Made by a program: the position numbers and the translations under genes. Shown here piece by piece: positions 34,651 through 36,778 of a stretch of DNA of 36,778 bases; the first letter of the stretch is position 1; each line of letters opens with the position of its first letter. This stretch comes from Armatimonadota bacterium. Its GTDB lineage: Bacteria > Armatimonadota > UBA10988. Where the stretch lies: positions 1 through 36,778 of the forward strand of contig JACRKZ010000128.1 in the NCBI GenBank assembly GCA_016235455.1, read 5' to 3'. Below the pieces are notes generated by a model that searched no databases, was not told where the DNA came from, and was given only the letters and a program-made list of their open reading frames with translations.

Positions 34651-36432
34651 GTGTTCAGCGAAACCGCCATTATGTTTCTCCGTACCTACCAACAGAACAT
34701 CGTTGAGCGCTGGCATCAGCTGGCCGAGGTGAACCTCAAACCCGACTTCGTGGCGGGCGAGTGGTTCACCTATGAGACGATGGATCGCCTGTTCGACCAG
34801 GTCATCGACGCCTTTGAGCGGCGGGTCTACCGCGAGCTGAACCGCACCATCGAGAATCTGGTGCGGGCTCGCGAGACGCCCAGCCCGCTGGATGTCAAGT
34901 CACTGCTGGACCTGTTCGCGCGGGCCGCGGTGGAAGAGTTCGAGTTGCGCGAGGAGTCGCTGCGCGACAGCCGCCAGATCCGCGCCGACCTGACCGCCAT
35001 TGGCCGCGTCCTCAAGCAGGTCTATTCCGAGCGGCTGTGCCCGCAGTTGCTCGATGTGCTCAAGGACCACGCCGAAGACCTGCGCGAGCGCTGGCTGCGC
35101 GATCTGCCCACGCCGCGCATCAGCGACCATTTCTCGCTGTTGTCCGATGACGACCGCCAAGTCTTCGTCGACAGCACCATGGCCATCTACGATGCCATTT
35201 TGCGCGGCCGCGAAGGCGATACCGCGCCGCATCCCAATGAGCCGGAGAAGACCTGCACGCTGTACGAAGCCTGGGTCATCAAGCAGGTCAACTACTTCAC
35301 GCCCAAGGGCTTTGGCGTGATCGACCTGCTCAAGGCCGTCGAGCATTTGTCCATGCTGCTCGAGCCGCTGGTGGCGCGCGCCACGGCGCACGACCTGTGG
35401 GTCTATCGCGTCAGCCTGCTGCTGCTCGACGATGCTCGCGACATGCTCGCCCGCGGCTTGGCCGAGGCCTATGTCGACCGCTTCAGCCGCAGCTTCTACG
35501 GCGAGGTGGGCATCATGCTCCACCGCATCAAGAACAAGCTGACCTCGGTGCCGACCACCATGCACACCGTGCTGGCCGTGGCGGACGAGGAGTACGGCCA
35601 GATGTTCGACCCCATGATCCTGACGATCGAGGAGGCCGAGCTCTGGGTCCAGTACGACCAGTTGGTGCAGGCGGTGCTCGCCGCGGTGGCGGCCGTCGAC
35701 CCGGCGGCGCCCAGTGCCGAGCAGTTGGCGGCGCTCAACACCGCGCGCGAGACGCTCGACGCCTTCACCGCCGAGCATGGCGACCGGGTCGAGATGATCC
35801 GCACCATGAAGCTCGACGTGGCCAACGCCGAGATCATCTCCGAGATGCTCAACATCGTCTACGAAGGCGGTGTGCAGACGCAGCAGCTGACCCAGGACCT
35901 GCAGGTCCGCATGAACGAGATGTACGAGCGCGAGACGCCCAAGTGGGAGTCGCTGGACATCGGCGACCTGATCACCGCGGCCGCCGACGAAGCCTCGGTC
36001 GACGCGCGCGCCAAGGACATCAACTTCGTGGTCGACAACCAGGCCAACGGGCTGCAGATCTACGGCATCAAGCGGGAGATCGGCCGTCCGTTCGTGCAGA
36101 TGATCGACAACGCCATCAAGTACACGCCCGCCGGCGGCGACGTCATGGTGGCCCTGGTGCCCGACGGACCCGACCATGTCCTGTTCCGGGTCAAGGACAC
36201 GGGCATCGGCATCCCGCCGGGCGAGGAGGAGCAGGTCTTCTCGCTGTGCGAGCGCTGCTCCAATGCCAAGGACTTCGCCGGCGGCACGGGCACCGGTCTC
36301 TACCACGACCGCATCACCGTCATGCATCATAACGGCGAGATGTGGTGCGAATCGCCCGGCCTCAACCAGGGCTCGGTGTTCTACGTACGGCTGCCGATCC
36401 ACCGCGACGGCATCGATGTGAAAGCTGCTTGA
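34651..36432 (+). CDS. Soluble orphan histidine kinase with atypical N-terminal and DHp regions
   Basis: No TM segment; LHRIKNKLTSV H-box; QMIDNAIKYT, VKDTGIGIP, GTGTGL, GSVFYVRLP; GTG start after GGGAG (or ATG 34672). Confidence 0.85.
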   Translation: MFSETAIMFLRTYQQNIVERWHQLAEVNLKPDFVAGEWFTYETMDRLFDQVIDAFERRVYRELNRTIENLVRARETPSPLDVKSLLDLFARAAVEEFELREESLRDSRQIRADLTAIGRVLKQVYSERLCPQLLDVLKDHAEDLRERWLRDLPTPRISDHFSLLSDDDRQVFVDSTMAIYDAILRGREGDTAPHPNEPEKTCTLYEAWVIKQVNYFTPKGFGVIDLLKAVEHLSMLLEPLVARATAHDLWVYRVSLLLLDDARDMLARGLAEAYVDRFSRSFYGEVGIMLHRIKNKLTSVPTTMHTVLAVADEEYGQMFDPMILTIEEAELWVQYDQLVQAVLAAVAAVDPAAPSAEQLAALNTARETLDAFTAEHGDRVEMIRTMKLDVANAEIISEMLNIVYEGGVQTQQLTQDLQVRMNEMYERETPKWESLDIGDLITAAADEASVDARAKDINFVVDNQANGLQIYGIKREIGRPFVQMIDNAIKYTPAGGDVMVALVPDGPDHVLFRVKDTGIGIPPGEEEQVFSLCERCSNAKDFAGGTGTGLYHDRITVMHHNGEMWCESPGLNQGSVFYVRLPIHRDGIDVKAA

Positions 36433-36445
36433 GGCGCAACCAACC

Positions 36446-36763
36446 ATGATTCCAGAGAGCTACGAATCCGTCACGGTCAAAGCCCTGGCCAACGTCTACT
36501 TCGGCGGCCAGGTGATCAGCCACGCCGTGGTGCTGGCCGACGGCAGCAAGAAGACCCTCGGCGTCATGCTGCCCGGCAGCTACGAGTTCAACACCGGGTC
36601 GCCCGAACGCATGGACATCATCGCCGGCACCTGCCGCGTGACCCTGCCCGGCGACACCGAGCGGATCTTCACCGCGGGTTCGGGGTTCGATGTGCCCGGC
36701 TCATCCAGCTTCGCCATCGCCGTCGACGAAGGTGTCGCGCAGTACGTCTGCGCCTACGAGTAG
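36446..36763 (+). CDS. ppnP: Pyrimidine/purine nucleoside phosphorylase (YaiE/DUF1255 cupin)
   Basis: ANVYFGGQVISH...DGSKKTLGVMLPGSYEFNT...ERMDII...F.VPGSSSF...YVC.Y; 105 aa. Confidence 0.92.
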   Translation: MIPESYESVTVKALANVYFGGQVISHAVVLADGSKKTLGVMLPGSYEFNTGSPERMDIIAGTCRVTLPGDTERIFTAGSGFDVPGSSSFAIAVDEGVAQYVCAYE

Positions 36764-36778
36764 CCGCCGTGCCGCAGC

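Overview
High-GC bacterial window; the gene content (S55 peptidase fusion, CBM-glycoside hydrolase, PQQ-type propeller, DUF6057/TolB pair) suggests an Armatimonadota- or PVC-like organism, which is inference only. The left ~13 kb is an accessory locus. An OmpR-family two-component system is followed by predicted exported proteins: an FGE-like/YbhB-YbcL(PEBP)/aryl-sulfotransferase fusion split by one apparent missing G, a second aryl-sulfotransferase, a Tat DUF362 protein, an internally duplicated Spy/CpxP-like protein, a Tat Cys-type sulfatase and a metallophosphoesterase. Two sub-operons share a 31-bp upstream motif (24/31 identical) containing a PmrA/QseB-like CTTAAG-N5-CTT repeat, and five of the proteins carry similar Gly/Gln/Pro/Arg low-complexity segments. 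This locus is the best candidate for an undescribed system. The rest is a DUF6057-like + TolB-like pair, a YprB-like exonuclease, a UroD-family protein, a REP doublet, ftsY, FKBP, a PfkB kinase, a large permuted SpoIVB(S55)-propeller protein, topA, dprA, a PQQ-propeller protein, a CBM-GH, an M48 peptidase, tRNA-Val(CAC), an atypical soluble histidine kinase and ppnP. No transposase, integrase, reverse transcriptase or CRISPR array was seen. All family calls come from motif recognition by eye; no searches were run.
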